NCBI GenBank assembly: GCA_903881565.1
Contig: CAIRTR010000299.1
Coordinates: forward strand, 2,645 to 66,644
DNA from: Oligoflexia bacterium
Lineage (GTDB): Bacteria; Bdellovibrionota; UBA1018
Length of the DNA: 64,000 nt
Reading direction: 5' to 3'
Shown: piece after piece, positions 1 through 9,712 of the stretch
How the letters are laid out: every line of letters begins with the position of its first letter
Numbering within the stretch: the stretch's first letter is position 1
The notes under the pieces: model-generated
Seen by the model: the letters and a program-made list of their open reading frames with translations, nothing else
What the model was told of the DNA's origin: nothing
The model's database searches: none
Position numbers and translations under genes: made by a program

Positions 1-438
1 GTTGTCGGCAGTGAGAAGTTCCGGCCGAAGCAGGAGCTGTTCTAGTTGCGGTATTGCGTTTTCATAATCCCAGCGTCTAAAGTAGCAAAGTGCCAGTGCC
101 AGGCGCGCCTCGGGATGAGAGTCTAGGTCCAAAGCGTGAAGTATTTTCATGGCTTCGCGATTCGAACCGATGGAAATAAGCGTGAGCGCGTAAATAATTT
201 TAGTTCTTGCTTCGTCTTGAGTCAGGAGCCCTGCGGGTCTGAGAACTTTAAGGGCAGGGTAAAAAAGTTCCACTCGTCGCAAGCAGTTAGCCAGTTCCGA
301 TCGAAGCGGCGCGGAAACTCGGATGCGTTTTTTAAAAAAGGGGCGCAGTTCGCTTATCGCGTAGCGACGCTGTCCCTGGTCAATGGCAGCTGTGATCCGA
401 GGGATCGCTTCGGTAAGTTTTTCTTCAATTGATGACAT
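1..438 (-). CDS. TPR-like helical-repeat protein, partial (runs off the window start); possibly a TPR plus winged-helix regulator
   Basis: Not in the ORF track. ATG at 438 opens an unbroken frame to position 1: MSSIEEKLTEAIPRI...YALTLISIGSNREAMKIL...EARLALALCYFRRWDYENAIPQLE, a TPR-like pattern. Confidence 0.6.
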   Translation of the reverse strand, partial: MSSIEEKLTEAIPRITAAIDQGQRRYAISELRPFFKKRIRVSAPLRSELANCLRRVELFYPALKVLRPAGLLTQDEARTKIIYALTLISIGSNREAMKILHALDLDSHPEARLALALCYFRRWDYENAIPQLEQLLLRPELLTADN

Positions 439-442
439 AGGG

Positions 443-727
443 TTACTCTTCGTAAACATTCTTCCGGTGTTTGATGAAGACTATGGTTACCGTATTGGTC
501 TTGATATCGACACGATAAACGATTCGATAATCGCCCACACGAATTCTACGATGTCCAATGAAACTATATCTCAGCGGTTTTCCGAGCCCGATGGGCTCAA
601 CTGCCAAACGAGTTTCGATGGCTTTTTTAATCAGTGCGCGCATCGTCTTGGGCAGGGCAGGAATATCTTCCGTAACCACATTGTCGAGATATTCGATAAT
701 ATAGGGACTATTTCCAGGCTTTGGCAT
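443..727 (-). CDS. relE: Type II TA toxin, RelE/ParE family
   Basis: GKPLRYSFIGHRRIRVGDYRIVYRV...IKHRKNVYE is a RelE motif. Start placed at MPKPGNS, overlapping the antitoxin end (track start 757). Confidence 0.9.
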   Translation of the reverse strand: MPKPGNSPYIIEYLDNVVTEDIPALPKTMRALIKKAIETRLAVEPIGLGKPLRYSFIGHRRIRVGDYRIVYRVDIKTNTVTIVFIKHRKNVYEE

Positions 728-929
728 GGGAGATGGTTTTCTTGGACTTTGCTTCACGTTTCATTGCCATTTCGGACAAGAGCATGTCCTCGTGCTTCTC
801 GAGGGCGTCCTCCATGAGCTCTTTCGCGACGACCGACATGGATTTTCCTTCTTGAAGCGAGAGGGTCTCAATCATCTTGTAGAGTTCATTGTCTAAAACG
901 ACATTTAACCTTGGATTTTTTGTAGGCAT
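708..929 (-). CDS. Antitoxin, ribbon-helix-helix type
   Basis: 73 aa; MPTKNPRLNVVL...GKSMSVVAKELMEDALE; C-terminal ISHAKAWK; directly upstream of and overlapping relE. Confidence 0.85.
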   Translation of the reverse strand: MPTKNPRLNVVLDNELYKMIETLSLQEGKSMSVVAKELMEDALEKHEDMLLSEMAMKREAKSKKTISHAKAWK

Positions 930-947
930 TTTCTGTTCCTCAAAAAA

Positions 948-971
948 AAGTGTATCACTAGTGATGCACTT
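948..971. promoter_or_regulatory. Palindromic operator over the TA operon promoter
   Basis: aagtgtatcact|agtgatgcactt, 24 bp with 1 mismatch; overlaps a minus-strand TTGACA-N18-TACACT promoter. Confidence 0.7.
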
Positions 972-992
972 GTGTCAACTTCACAAACTTTA

Positions 993-2318
993 CTACTCGA
1001 ACCTCACTAAATGATACGTTCGTTTTCCCTTGCGCAGAAGCAGCGTAGCCCCTGGGAGCAAGTCACTTGCGGTCACGGCTTTTGCGACATCGGTTACGCG
1101 CTCGTTGTTAAGATAAATTCCTCCGGCTGTGATCTCTTTGCGAGCGGCGCCTTTGGAGGCCACGAGCGCCGTTTCAACCAAGAGATCGGCGAGTGCCACG
1201 CCGGCGCCTGCGAGTGAGGATTTTCCTCTCCGGGTTGAAGGCGCCTCAGAAAAAACATCGAGCAGTGTTTTTTCGTCCAGCTCCCGAATGCCGGCTCCAA
1301 ATAAAGCGGCACTGGCTCGTTCCGCGCGCGCCAGTTCTTCTTCGCCGTGGACGAAACACGTGAGTTCACGTGCGAGCGCATTTTGCGCTTCACGTTTTTC
1401 AGGTTGGGTTTTCATTGACGTTTCAAGTTCTGCCATTCGTTCCTGAGAGAGAAACGTGAAGTATTTGACAAAAGTCATCACGTCCGCATCGGCAGTTTGA
1501 ACGAGGAACTGATACAGGCGATAAGGCGAAGTTTTGTCTGCATTCAGCCAGATGGCGCCGGATTCGGTCTTGCCAAACTTCGTGCCGTCGGATTTGAGCA
1601 CGAGTGGAAGGGTGATCCCATAAACGTGGTCTTTTTCGGTGGTGTTTTCGGGCGCATGCCCTTCTTTATGTTCTTGGGCAGCTCGCATTCTGCGGGTCAG
1701 CTCAATGCCCGCCGTGATGTTGCCCCATTGATCGGAGCCGCCGATTTGCAGGGTGCAGTTTTCCTGCTCGTTTAGAGAGTAAAAGTCGTAGGCCTGAAGC
1801 AGCATGTACGAAAATTCGGTGTAGGAAATCCCGTGCTCCCGGTCCTCAAGTCTGGCGCGCACAGATTCTTTGGCCATCATGTGATTGATCGTGAAGTGCT
1901 TGCCCACATCGCGTAAAAAATTGATGTACGAATGTCCTTTAAACCAATCGGCGTTGTTCACGACCTTGCCTCCTGAGGGCCCAGGCTTCAAATCTAAGAA
2001 GCGTGAAATGACGGCGCGAATTCCTGCGACATTCTTCTCGAGCACTTCTTCAGTGAGAAGATTGCGCTCTTGAGATTTGCCGCTCGGATCTCCGATCATG
2101 CCGGTGGCGCCGCCGACCACCGCAATCGGGCGGTGACCCTTGAGCTGAAACCTTTTTAGGGTCATCAGAGGTAATAGGTGTCCAATGTGGAGACTATCTG
2201 AGGTAGGATCAAAACCGCAGTAGAGGGTGAGCGGGGATCCGTTAACGAGCGCTGGGATCGCGGGATCCGTAAATTGCTTGACAAGGCCACGGGATTGGAG
2301 ATCTTCAAAGAGGTTCAT
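993..2318 (-). CDS. tyrS: Tyrosine--tRNA ligase
   Basis: YCGFDPTSDSLHIGH (HIGH), LQIGGSDQWGNI, KFGKT (KMSKS-like), C-terminal S4 domain. Confidence 0.98.
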   Translation of the reverse strand: MNLFEDLQSRGLVKQFTDPAIPALVNGSPLTLYCGFDPTSDSLHIGHLLPLMTLKRFQLKGHRPIAVVGGATGMIGDPSGKSQERNLLTEEVLEKNVAGIRAVISRFLDLKPGPSGGKVVNNADWFKGHSYINFLRDVGKHFTINHMMAKESVRARLEDREHGISYTEFSYMLLQAYDFYSLNEQENCTLQIGGSDQWGNITAGIELTRRMRAAQEHKEGHAPENTTEKDHVYGITLPLVLKSDGTKFGKTESGAIWLNADKTSPYRLYQFLVQTADADVMTFVKYFTFLSQERMAELETSMKTQPEKREAQNALARELTCFVHGEEELARAERASAALFGAGIRELDEKTLLDVFSEAPSTRRGKSSLAGAGVALADLLVETALVASKGAARKEITAGGIYLNNERVTDVAKAVTASDLLPGATLLLRKGKRTYHLVRFE

Positions 2319-2346
2319 GCATACAACTATAGCTTCAAATCGCAGA

Positions 2347-4701
2347 ATGAAAAAGCCGCTTCGAAAATTTTTGATTCTTGGGGTGGCGAGTCTTGCCCTT
2401 TGTCTGGTTTTTGGACTTTTTGGGCGGCTTTTCGAGGCAGTTGGCGATGAACTCCAATCCGATATGGCGTTGCGTCTTAAGGGAATGTCTTGTGAGGTTT
2501 ATCAAGACCCCCAAGGAATACCCCATGTGCGCCCGCGGGACACTCAGGATGCGTTTGCCGTCTATGCATGTTTTGGGTACCTGCATGGGCGAGATCGTGC
2601 GTGGCAGATGGATTATTTCAGGCGCACGGCTGAGGGGAGAACCGCCGAAGTGCTGGGGCGCGATCAGATTCGTACGGACTTCTTTATGCGCCTTTTGGGC
2701 CTCAAAGAGCTTGCGGAAAGAATTTACAGTACTCTCCCTAAAGTCGATCAATCCCGGTTTTGGGCCTATGCAGAGGGCGTGAACCGCGGGTTTGCCGAGG
2801 CCTTGAAGCTGGGCTCTTACGAATTGAAGGCCTTGGATTATGGATTGGATCCCTGGCGGGCCCAGGATTCGATCATGCTTGTTTTGCTTCAGTCCTTTGA
2901 CCAGACGAAGAGAGTTTTTCAGCACTCTTTAAATGAAGAGCAATGGCATGAAGGTTTTGCGCAAGAGGCCTCAACCCTTTTTGCAAATGAAGACCTCCCT
3001 TGGGATGTATCAGTGCTTAAGCCAGGCGAGTTCCCGACGAAGAAGGCGGGAGTTTCCCACGCTCAGTCTTTGCCGGTAGAAACGAGCTCGCAAAAGGCTG
3101 CTTCATACTCATTTGGTTACTCATTTGCTTCACTTGATCGCGCTTTCCCCGAAGTTTTCGGTTCTGAGGCCGGTGGCGGGAGCAATAACTGGGTTTTGGC
3201 GCCCCAGCGTTCGAAAGGGGGGCGGGCTTGGCTTGCGAACGATCCTCATCTCTCGCTGAAGCATCCTCCGTTTTGGTATTGGGCTCATGTTAAGGGTTAC
3301 GATGTTTCGGGCAAGCTTTTGGATGTGATCGGGGCAAGTCTTCCGGGAGTTCCTGTTGTGGTGAGTGGGGCGAATCCTTGGGCGGCCTGGGGCTTGACCA
3401 ATGCTTTTTTGCCGGCGGCTCGGGTCTTTTATGTTCCCCAAGCCGATGTGGAAAAACTCGAGGCCGTTCGTCCCTGGATTTGGGTTCGTTTTTGGAAATT
3501 CAAGTTTCCCTTCTTTTTTAAGACTTTTCAGCGAACAAAAACCGGGTTGCCTGTGTTGCCTTTGCCAGCCCCCGAAGGGCGAGCGCTCGTGTTGCAGTGG
3601 AGTGGCTATGGCCTGGTGGGTTCGGATATTTCGCCTCTTTTTGATGTAGGCACCTCGGAGTCTGCGTCGGTGCTCGATCGCGCGCTCTCGCGTGTGGGCG
3701 TTCCCACTTGGAATTTTGTTTTTGCGGATACTCAGGGTTCCGTGGGCTTTCGGGCCGTGGGACGAGTGTTTCGTTTGGAAGGCGCGCCGTCATTCGGGGT
3801 TCCTCGTGAAAGTCTGGCGAAAGTCGAACACGAGGACTCTGCGCAAAACAGGCTCCTTACTGCCTCCGAAATGCCGCATCTTCTTAACCCAAAGCGGGGC
3901 TTCATTGCGACGGCCAATAACCGGCAATGGCCACGTCAGGCGAAGTTTGATTCTGGGCGCGGACAATGTTTAGGATTTCGAGCTTTTCGGATTGAAGAGC
4001 TTTTAGCGAAGAACTCTCGGCACGATCTCCAGTCGCAGCGCGAGATTCAGTGCGATGTGCAGGCGGTGGATGCGCGGTTTCTGACCCCTCTTTTATTGCG
4101 CGTGTTGCGGGAGCATCATCTGGATGCTCAACAGATCAAAGGTTTTAAGCTTCTGGAGGGTTGGAATTTTGAGGCCAACCTCAATTGCCGGGCTTGTGGA
4201 CTTTATCGACGCTGGGTGAATGAAGTGATGTCGTTGCAGCGCTTTAACGAAACGGCGCTTTTTCGGAGGCTATCCAGTGGGGCGAGTGCTGAGTTGAAGA
4301 AGTCAGTTTTTGAAAGTTTTGTGCTGGTGCTTAATGAACTGCCGGATTTTCCAAAGTGGGGAGATCTCCATCGTAACTATTTCAGGCATTTGGCAGGGGA
4401 GGGGTATTTTACGGCTGCGCCGATTGCTACTCCGGGCGATGACTTTTCGGTGAATCCGGGCACTTCGGATTGGCAGGCTGGGGAATTCAAACATCGCGAT
4501 GGAGCCTCGCAACGCATGCTCGTGGAGCTGTCGAATCCTCCGGTCGTGTATTCGGTGCTTGCGGGTTCCAATCGGGATTTAGATCAGCGCGATTTGGCGT
4601 TGCTTGATGGTCCTTGGCAGAAGTGGGCACAATGCGGCTTAGAGCAACGCGTTTTCCCGCTGGATTGGACAAAAGTGCACGGGGATCTTGTTAAATTCTA
4701 G
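2347..4701 (+). CDS. Penicillin acylase / AHL-acylase family Ntn hydrolase
   Basis: DPQGIPHV, GYLHGRDRAWQMD, beta-chain start GSNNWV, LANDPHL, ATANN. N-terminal membrane anchor from MKKPLRK. Confidence 0.92.
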   Translation: MKKPLRKFLILGVASLALCLVFGLFGRLFEAVGDELQSDMALRLKGMSCEVYQDPQGIPHVRPRDTQDAFAVYACFGYLHGRDRAWQMDYFRRTAEGRTAEVLGRDQIRTDFFMRLLGLKELAERIYSTLPKVDQSRFWAYAEGVNRGFAEALKLGSYELKALDYGLDPWRAQDSIMLVLLQSFDQTKRVFQHSLNEEQWHEGFAQEASTLFANEDLPWDVSVLKPGEFPTKKAGVSHAQSLPVETSSQKAASYSFGYSFASLDRAFPEVFGSEAGGGSNNWVLAPQRSKGGRAWLANDPHLSLKHPPFWYWAHVKGYDVSGKLLDVIGASLPGVPVVVSGANPWAAWGLTNAFLPAARVFYVPQADVEKLEAVRPWIWVRFWKFKFPFFFKTFQRTKTGLPVLPLPAPEGRALVLQWSGYGLVGSDISPLFDVGTSESASVLDRALSRVGVPTWNFVFADTQGSVGFRAVGRVFRLEGAPSFGVPRESLAKVEHEDSAQNRLLTASEMPHLLNPKRGFIATANNRQWPRQAKFDSGRGQCLGFRAFRIEELLAKNSRHDLQSQREIQCDVQAVDARFLTPLLLRVLREHHLDAQQIKGFKLLEGWNFEANLNCRACGLYRRWVNEVMSLQRFNETALFRRLSSGASAELKKSVFESFVLVLNELPDFPKWGDLHRNYFRHLAGEGYFTAAPIATPGDDFSVNPGTSDWQAGEFKHRDGASQRMLVELSNPPVVYSVLAGSNRDLDQRDLALLDGPWQKWAQCGLEQRVFPLDWTKVHGDLVKF

Positions 4702-4831
4702 AAACTGGTCCCTCACAGTGTGCTTACCGAGTAAGGGCGTCAACCTTTAAGGGATACTTATTCTAGTGGCAATATTAAGATCAGGATAGAAGTGTTAGGA
4801 AACTCCTCATGCGCGTCGTGAGACGCTGCCC

Positions 4832-5785
4832 CTACGCCGGAATCGGCTTCGTGAGGACCGTGTTGTGGTACTGAACGAATATCGAGAGGTGTGCCGCGAG
4901 GCGATCGGCTCTCTTGGTAGTGCACCATGTGCGACGGACAAGTCGATTGATGTTCGCACGAATCATGGCGCACGTGTGATTGAGATCGAACAAAGGATCA
5001 AATCCAATTTTCTTTAGTTCGCCCTGACCCACCACACATCCCCTGCGCCCCTTTACAGCTATATGGGTCGCGTCTTTAAAATGAGGTTTAAGCCATCCCG
5101 GATATTTTGGATTCTGGTCAGTCGTGACCGTGGCCTTCGGATGAATGTAGGCGCGAAGTTCATCAAATAGATCCGACGTCAGTCTGCCCCGATGATCAAC
5201 ACGCGGCCCGTATTTTTTGCGCGAAACCGCGGCAAGTGGGCCTTTAGCTGGCATACTTGCGACTCGAAACCCCAAGATCTTACGGCTCCCCGGATGAACC
5301 ACCAGCGGAATACTTAACGGCAAGCACTTGGATTTTTCAAAACTTTCCATTTCATCAAACTGTACTTCCACGATCCTATTCTGTTCGGACTCAAAAGAGA
5401 GGAGAAACCTCTTATGTTTCTTGTCCGCCTCTTTCGCGAGAAACAACAACTTTCGCACGACGGTCTTGCGGTTGATCTTCAAAATCAGCGCAATTCTGCG
5501 TTGAGAAACACACGAATTCAGGAGGGTGAAAACTGTGGAATTTATTCTGCGCTTTTTCTGCCCAAAGCACGACGAGTACGAGCCTCTGGAAAAGAGACGT
5601 TTACAGGAGTGACAGTAAAAGCGCCCAATCCGTTTCGAATCACTTGCTCTGAGGTAGGAGCCTTTTCGGATGATGTGACTGATCCCTGGACCTAAAGCGC
5701 CCCCATTCGCCTGCGGAGAGGTGTGCGAAGGACAGTTGAAATAATAGCATTTCTTAGGGATTTGGCTGGAATGCGCGTTCTTCAT
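4832..5785 (-). CDS. IS1/IS1595-like DDE transposase homolog without recognisable terminal repeats
   Basis: N-terminal Zn ribbon (C...C...CHSC), HTH (VSQRRIALILKINRKTVVR), QFDEME, VTTDQ, LNHTCAMIRANINRLVRRT. Confidence 0.75.
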   Translation of the reverse strand: MKNAHSSQIPKKCYYFNCPSHTSPQANGGALGPGISHIIRKGSYLRASDSKRIGRFYCHSCKRLFSRGSYSSCFGQKKRRINSTVFTLLNSCVSQRRIALILKINRKTVVRKLLFLAKEADKKHKRFLLSFESEQNRIVEVQFDEMESFEKSKCLPLSIPLVVHPGSRKILGFRVASMPAKGPLAAVSRKKYGPRVDHRGRLTSDLFDELRAYIHPKATVTTDQNPKYPGWLKPHFKDATHIAVKGRRGCVVGQGELKKIGFDPLFDLNHTCAMIRANINRLVRRTWCTTKRADRLAAHLSIFVQYHNTVLTKPIPA

Positions 5786-5798
5786 GTGGCGGTAAGAG

Positions 5799-5814
5799 AG
5801 CAAATGCTCTGCCA
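5799..5814 (-). promoter_or_regulatory. sigma54 (-24/-12) promoter for the IS1-like gene
   Basis: TGGCAGAGCATTTGCT, GG-N10-GC; ATG 14 nt downstream of the GC. Confidence 0.6.
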
Positions 5815-5845
5815 AACTCAGAACTTGGGCCCACTTGCTGATTAG

Positions 5846-6460
5846 CTACCGCACACTTTGGGGGGCCAGTTTTAACTGTTTTAGACAGACCATTGCGACC
5901 TTTTCTGCGTCGCTGCTTTTGAGGTTTCCGAATCTTTCAATCATTGCCGAGAGAACCATGTTATCAATTCTGCCGCACATCCCGCTGAACATCCACGGAG
6001 TGACAACAAAGTCAGTGCCCCAGTCCAGGTTTAAGAAGTTATAGACTGCGCCTCCGCAGTCCGATTTTGTACTATAGCAAAGCTGGCCGCCGTCGCCGGT
6101 TCCGTTATCGATTAAGAGTTGGCCATTTTTCGCATCGCCCCCTTTTTCGCAGGCTTGCTCAAAGCCTTGTCCTTCAATATTGAGAGTCTGATTTTCCAAG
6201 ACCTCAAGTAGCTTCATTCGAAGTTTGAATAATTTGAAATCCGATTGGAGCAATCCACAGGTTTTTACGGCTTGAAGCGTTTTTTGAAATGTGGAGAAAA
6301 GTTTGAATCCGAGTGCTTCGGGAAGATCTACAGTGTTTAGAGAGGGGCCGTTGTCAGTGCTATACGTTCCGGCCTTTGCAGGGGACGAGAGCTGCGTGAG
6401 AAGAAGGGTGAGAGCCATTGCAGCGATCGAGGTTGAAGTTAGTTTTTTCATGGATTTCAT
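5846..6460 (-). CDS. Secreted hypothetical protein, Cys-containing
   Basis: Signal peptide ending AKA; upstream TTGACC-N17-TAAGGT and purine-rich RBS. Confidence 0.6.
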   Translation of the reverse strand: MKSMKKLTSTSIAAMALTLLLTQLSSPAKAGTYSTDNGPSLNTVDLPEALGFKLFSTFQKTLQAVKTCGLLQSDFKLFKLRMKLLEVLENQTLNIEGQGFEQACEKGGDAKNGQLLIDNGTGDGGQLCYSTKSDCGGAVYNFLNLDWGTDFVVTPWMFSGMCGRIDNMVLSAMIERFGNLKSSDAEKVAMVCLKQLKLAPQSVR

Positions 6461-6581
6461 TTTAGGCCCTCTGTTTTCCCCCAGCTGGACTGTCCATTGG
6501 GGTGAGTCGCACCTTATATGATTTGACGCAATGGGTCAAGAAGGCAGACCTAAATCACGCTTCTTTTTTGAAGTTTTAGCC

Positions 6582-6609
6582 TGAAGCTTTGGGAAGTTTT
6601 TGCCGATAG
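6582..6609 (+). promoter_or_regulatory. sigma28 (FliA)-like promoter
   Basis: TGAAG-N15-GCCGATAG, 6 nt before ATG 6616. Confidence 0.5.
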
Positions 6610-6615
6610 CATTTT

Positions 6616-7524
6616 ATGACTCGTTTGCGGGTTCATGGAGTTGCTTTACTCTTATTAGCTGTCGGGGTGGGATTGTTAGAACTTCCTGGAATTACGGGGA
6701 ATTCTCCAGTTCTATCTCAACCCCCGGGACCCCCAGTGGCTCTTGCAGAGGCAATTTCTCGATTGGGGTTATCTCAATCGGGGCGCGATATTTTGGAGCG
6801 GGCCAGGCACTATTGGCGATTGGGCTCCACGTCTGAGTTGCTGACTCGCGTTAAATGGGGGCTGGCTTCTCGGACGGACGCGGTCCTGACACGGACGCTG
6901 GACCCCAAAACGGGGAAAGAGGGTCGCAAACGCGAAGTCTCTGTTTATATTCGTCAGGGTCAAACCCTGGTTGAAACTACTTTGGATATTGCGCACGAGT
7001 TGGTGCATGCCACTGCGCCTCCGGCTTGGGATCCTTACGATCCAGACCTCACGCTGGGGCGTTATATTCTTGCCGCCATCGAAGGTGAGGGGGGCGAGGT
7101 AGAGGCGGTCGCACAAGAGTGCGAAGTCGCATCCCAGGTTTTCCCTGCCGATGCGGTGACAAGGGAGAGGTGCGGACGCTATGTGGGCGGGCAGGGGCGA
7201 GTTCCTGCGTCTTTAGTGGGTTCAGGGTTGGGTTCAAGATCCGGAATCCGCGATTCGATTCGCAAAGATTTTTATCGCTCGGGCCGGTGGTTTGCCGATC
7301 TTCAAAAAAACTTAGGTATGGAAAAAGGGATTTTCCCGCTGCTTTCGGCGGATTCACCGGTGCTTTATTCATCGACCGGGAATGCTCCCTATCCTGCCGC
7401 GCTGATGCGGGAGTATCGCGAGCTCAACCTAACGGCGTGCAAGAATACGTTGAAGCGCTTGGATACTGAGACGCAGACGATGCGGTTTGCGCAGCGGTTT
7501 ATTCAAAAACGCTGCGGGGAGTAG
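6616..7524 (+). CDS. Exported zincin-like metallopeptidase homolog
   Basis: N-terminal hydrophobic segment; AHELVHA (HExxH) with downstream EVEA third-ligand candidate. Confidence 0.6.
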   Translation: MTRLRVHGVALLLLAVGVGLLELPGITGNSPVLSQPPGPPVALAEAISRLGLSQSGRDILERARHYWRLGSTSELLTRVKWGLASRTDAVLTRTLDPKTGKEGRKREVSVYIRQGQTLVETTLDIAHELVHATAPPAWDPYDPDLTLGRYILAAIEGEGGEVEAVAQECEVASQVFPADAVTRERCGRYVGGQGRVPASLVGSGLGSRSGIRDSIRKDFYRSGRWFADLQKNLGMEKGIFPLLSADSPVLYSSTGNAPYPAALMREYRELNLTACKNTLKRLDTETQTMRFAQRFIQKRCGE

Positions 7525-7919
7525 GCCTTCACCTTGAGTCTTGCAATCTGCGGAAGGTGATCGAAATCTGAATCTCGATCAAATAAAACCAAATTATGCT
7601 GCAAAACGAGCGCAGCAATCCAAAGATCATTCGTCGGAATCGGTTTCCCCTTCTTGCGAAGGTAGGCATACAGATCTGCGTAAAAATGGGTGGTTTGATC
7701 ATCGGGGCAAAGAATGAACACGCCTTCGTTGTTGAGAAAATGGGTGAGGACGCGCTCATTTTTTTCTTTATGCGTGCCATTTGCGAAGCCGGCTCTTTGC
7801 TCAGCAATGACAATGAGGGGGACGTAAATCTCGGCAGCGCCCTCAACGGACTCGACCACTTCGGGAAGTCCCCTACAAAAATCCGTATAGCGATTTGAGT
7901 CGATTGCGATTTTCATCAT
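7503..7919 (-). CDS. vapC: VapC PIN-domain toxin
   Basis: IAIDSN...IAE...GKPIPTNDLWIAALVLQHNLVLFDRDSDFDHLP; ATGA overlap with the antitoxin stop. Confidence 0.92.
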   Translation of the reverse strand: MMKIAIDSNRYTDFCRGLPEVVESVEGAAEIYVPLIVIAEQRAGFANGTHKEKNERVLTHFLNNEGVFILCPDDQTTHFYADLYAYLRKKGKPIPTNDLWIAALVLQHNLVLFDRDSDFDHLPQIARLKVKAYSPQRF

Positions 7920-8185
7920 TTCGAAAGGTCCGGCCAAAGTTTCGAATCGATCTGATGTTGAGCGCGAATTTCTTCTTCAATTTGGGTCGCTTCTTTTTCA
8001 GACAAAGAGCCTATGACTTCACTGAAGTCTCGTTTGGGCTTGAAACTCTCGCCCGCGCCTAGGGTTAGGGCCTCAAGCGCGACTTGATTGAAGCTTTTTC
8101 CTGATTCTTTTGCGCGTTTTCTCAAAGCTCGATCGACCGGGTCAGGGACGCTTCTTATGGTGTATTGGCGTGTATACTTATACAT
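7916..8185 (-). CDS. FitA-like RHH antitoxin
   Basis: QYTIRSVPDPVDRALRKRAKESGKSFNQVALEAL; coupled to vapC; TTGACG-N18-TACAGT promoter 6 nt before the ATG. Confidence 0.85.
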   Translation of the reverse strand: MYKYTRQYTIRSVPDPVDRALRKRAKESGKSFNQVALEALTLGAGESFKPKRDFSEVIGSLSEKEATQIEEEIRAQHQIDSKLWPDLSK

Positions 8186-8283
8186 GTATACACTGTATCA
8201 CAAAAATGTATATATCGTCAATAATACAAAAAAACACCCGCGAACTGAGCCAATCTCAAAATCGCAGGTGCCTTTTTAGTTCG

Positions 8284-8337
8284 ACGGAAGAAATCTAACG
8301 GAAGAAAATTAACGAAAGAAAACTAAGCGAAAAATGA
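8284..8337. repeat. Degenerate 14-bp tandem repeat, 3-4 copies
   Basis: acggaagaaatcta / acggaagaaaatta / acgaaagaaaacta / agcgaaaaatga, just downstream of the pilin stop. Confidence 0.7.
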
Positions 8338-8338
8338 A

Positions 8339-8845
8339 CTAGGGCGACGTGATCGTGAACGTCAACGTATCGCTATAAGATCCCTGCATGAGGCTGTCTG
8401 CGGCGGTTCCTGTGTAGCTGATCGTCAAGGGCTTCGTCACGTTGACAACCGAGTTGGAAGCCGTGCCCGTGGTCACCGTTTGTGGGGTTGCCGAGAGCGT
8501 GTAGCTTGAGCCGTTATATTGAGAAGTGTAGGTTACGCTCCCGAGGGTTCCGTTTTTCAGTAGCCCTGCGTTTGTGGAGGCTACCTTCACGCTGTACCCA
8601 AGGGTCGTGTTGTTAATTTCTCGCACCGTTGCGACGTTCAAGTTGGATTGCGTTGTTGAGAGGTCCAACGAGTTATATCCCGCAGCGGGAGTGACGGTGA
8701 TGGCAGTCGCAGCAGCGACTGTGCCTGATAAAGTGATGGTGCCGGTTGTGGCGGCCTGTGCGCTAACGGCAAAGGCGACACTCGCAGCGATCATGAATAA
8801 TCCGGTGAATAGTTTTGTGGAATGAGTGAAGTGACTTGTTTTCAT
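8339..8845 (-). CDS. Spore coat U / Csu-like major pilin subunit
   Basis: Signal peptide ending AQA, donor strand ATTGTITLSGTV, C-terminal GSYSDTLTFTI; divergent from the chaperone-usher operon. Confidence 0.8.
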   Translation of the reverse strand: MKTSHFTHSTKLFTGLFMIAASVAFAVSAQAATTGTITLSGTVAAATAITVTPAAGYNSLDLSTTQSNLNVATVREINNTTLGYSVKVASTNAGLLKNGTLGSVTYTSQYNGSSYTLSATPQTVTTGTASNSVVNVTKPLTISYTGTAADSLMQGSYSDTLTFTITSP

Positions 8846-8934
8846 TTGAGATGCCCCTCTTTCGTTTTTTCGTGGTCGACAGAGTCTTTCTGCGCCAGCT
8901 CCGTTACTCGCATTATGTTCCGTTGTCATCTATT

Positions 8935-8961
8935 ACATCGGCCGTGCCAACAAAAAATTGA
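8935..8961 (-). promoter_or_regulatory. sigma28-like promoter for the pilin gene
   Basis: TCAA-N15-GCCGATGT on the minus strand. Confidence 0.5.
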
Positions 8962-9153
8962 TTAAAGATTTCAACATAATCTCTAATCTAGGACCCCTAA
9001 ACCCAAAGGGATGAGGGGTCCTATGAGTAATTATTTCATAGTGGTTTCATAAGGCTAGAAAATATTACACCACTTTGCTTGACGCGGAGCGGCATAAAAT
9101 GTAAAATAATATTTATAAACGGGGTATCTCACTGTAAGAAGGCGGGGTTTTTT

Positions 9154-9708
9154 ATGTCACGCAGTACGAAGGTTTATGAGTTATGGAAACGCCATTTTGA
9201 CGCGCATGGTGTCATTTTGGGAATTTCACTTATTCTTTACGCTGTGAGCACCTTGAGTGCCCTCAAGCCCCAGGCCTCATATGCCTCCGGATCAGCAAGC
9301 CTCATGTTAGCGGCATTTGTATCAGGTTCTGCCAATGTCAGTGTTTCTCGTGGTACCTCGCTTAACCGCGTGGTGCCCTGGGCGACTTGGAGAGGAGACG
9401 GCAGTGCCGCTGGTGATTTTGAGGTGTTGCACCTAACAGGTTCGAGCAATTTGCAGGACGGGTTTTTTGTCAGTCTCAATTCGAACTTTTCTTCAAATGC
9501 TTCTGGGCAGCCTAACCGATCTCCCGCCTACTCCATTAACTTGGTAGGGGAGAAGGGGAGTTCGCCTGAGAAATCCGAGTCCGTTTTCATGGCAGGAGCC
9601 TCTCGCCACGCGATGAAACAGGATATTTCGATTCGCTTTCGGGGCGGCCCTGAGGTCCAGAGAAGCGGATTTTCTGATCGACTTGTCGTCACGGTTGCGG
9701 CACCTTGA
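9154..9708 (+). CDS. Minor pilin-like subunit
   Basis: Hydrophobic N-terminus, SN...GFFVSL, C-terminal GFSDRLVVTVAAP, similar to the major pilin C-terminus. Confidence 0.6.
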   Translation: MSRSTKVYELWKRHFDAHGVILGISLILYAVSTLSALKPQASYASGSASLMLAAFVSGSANVSVSRGTSLNRVVPWATWRGDGSAAGDFEVLHLTGSSNLQDGFFVSLNSNFSSNASGQPNRSPAYSINLVGEKGSSPEKSESVFMAGASRHAMKQDISIRFRGGPEVQRSGFSDRLVVTVAAP

Positions 9709-9712
9709 GGGC

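Noticed and set aside
8284..8337. Repeats as a possible CRISPR array
   Set aside because: 14-bp degenerate units with no spacers, and no cas genes in the window.
8989..9023. Invertible phase-variation switch for the pilus
   Set aside because: The IRs enclose only 15 bp and there is no recombinase nearby.
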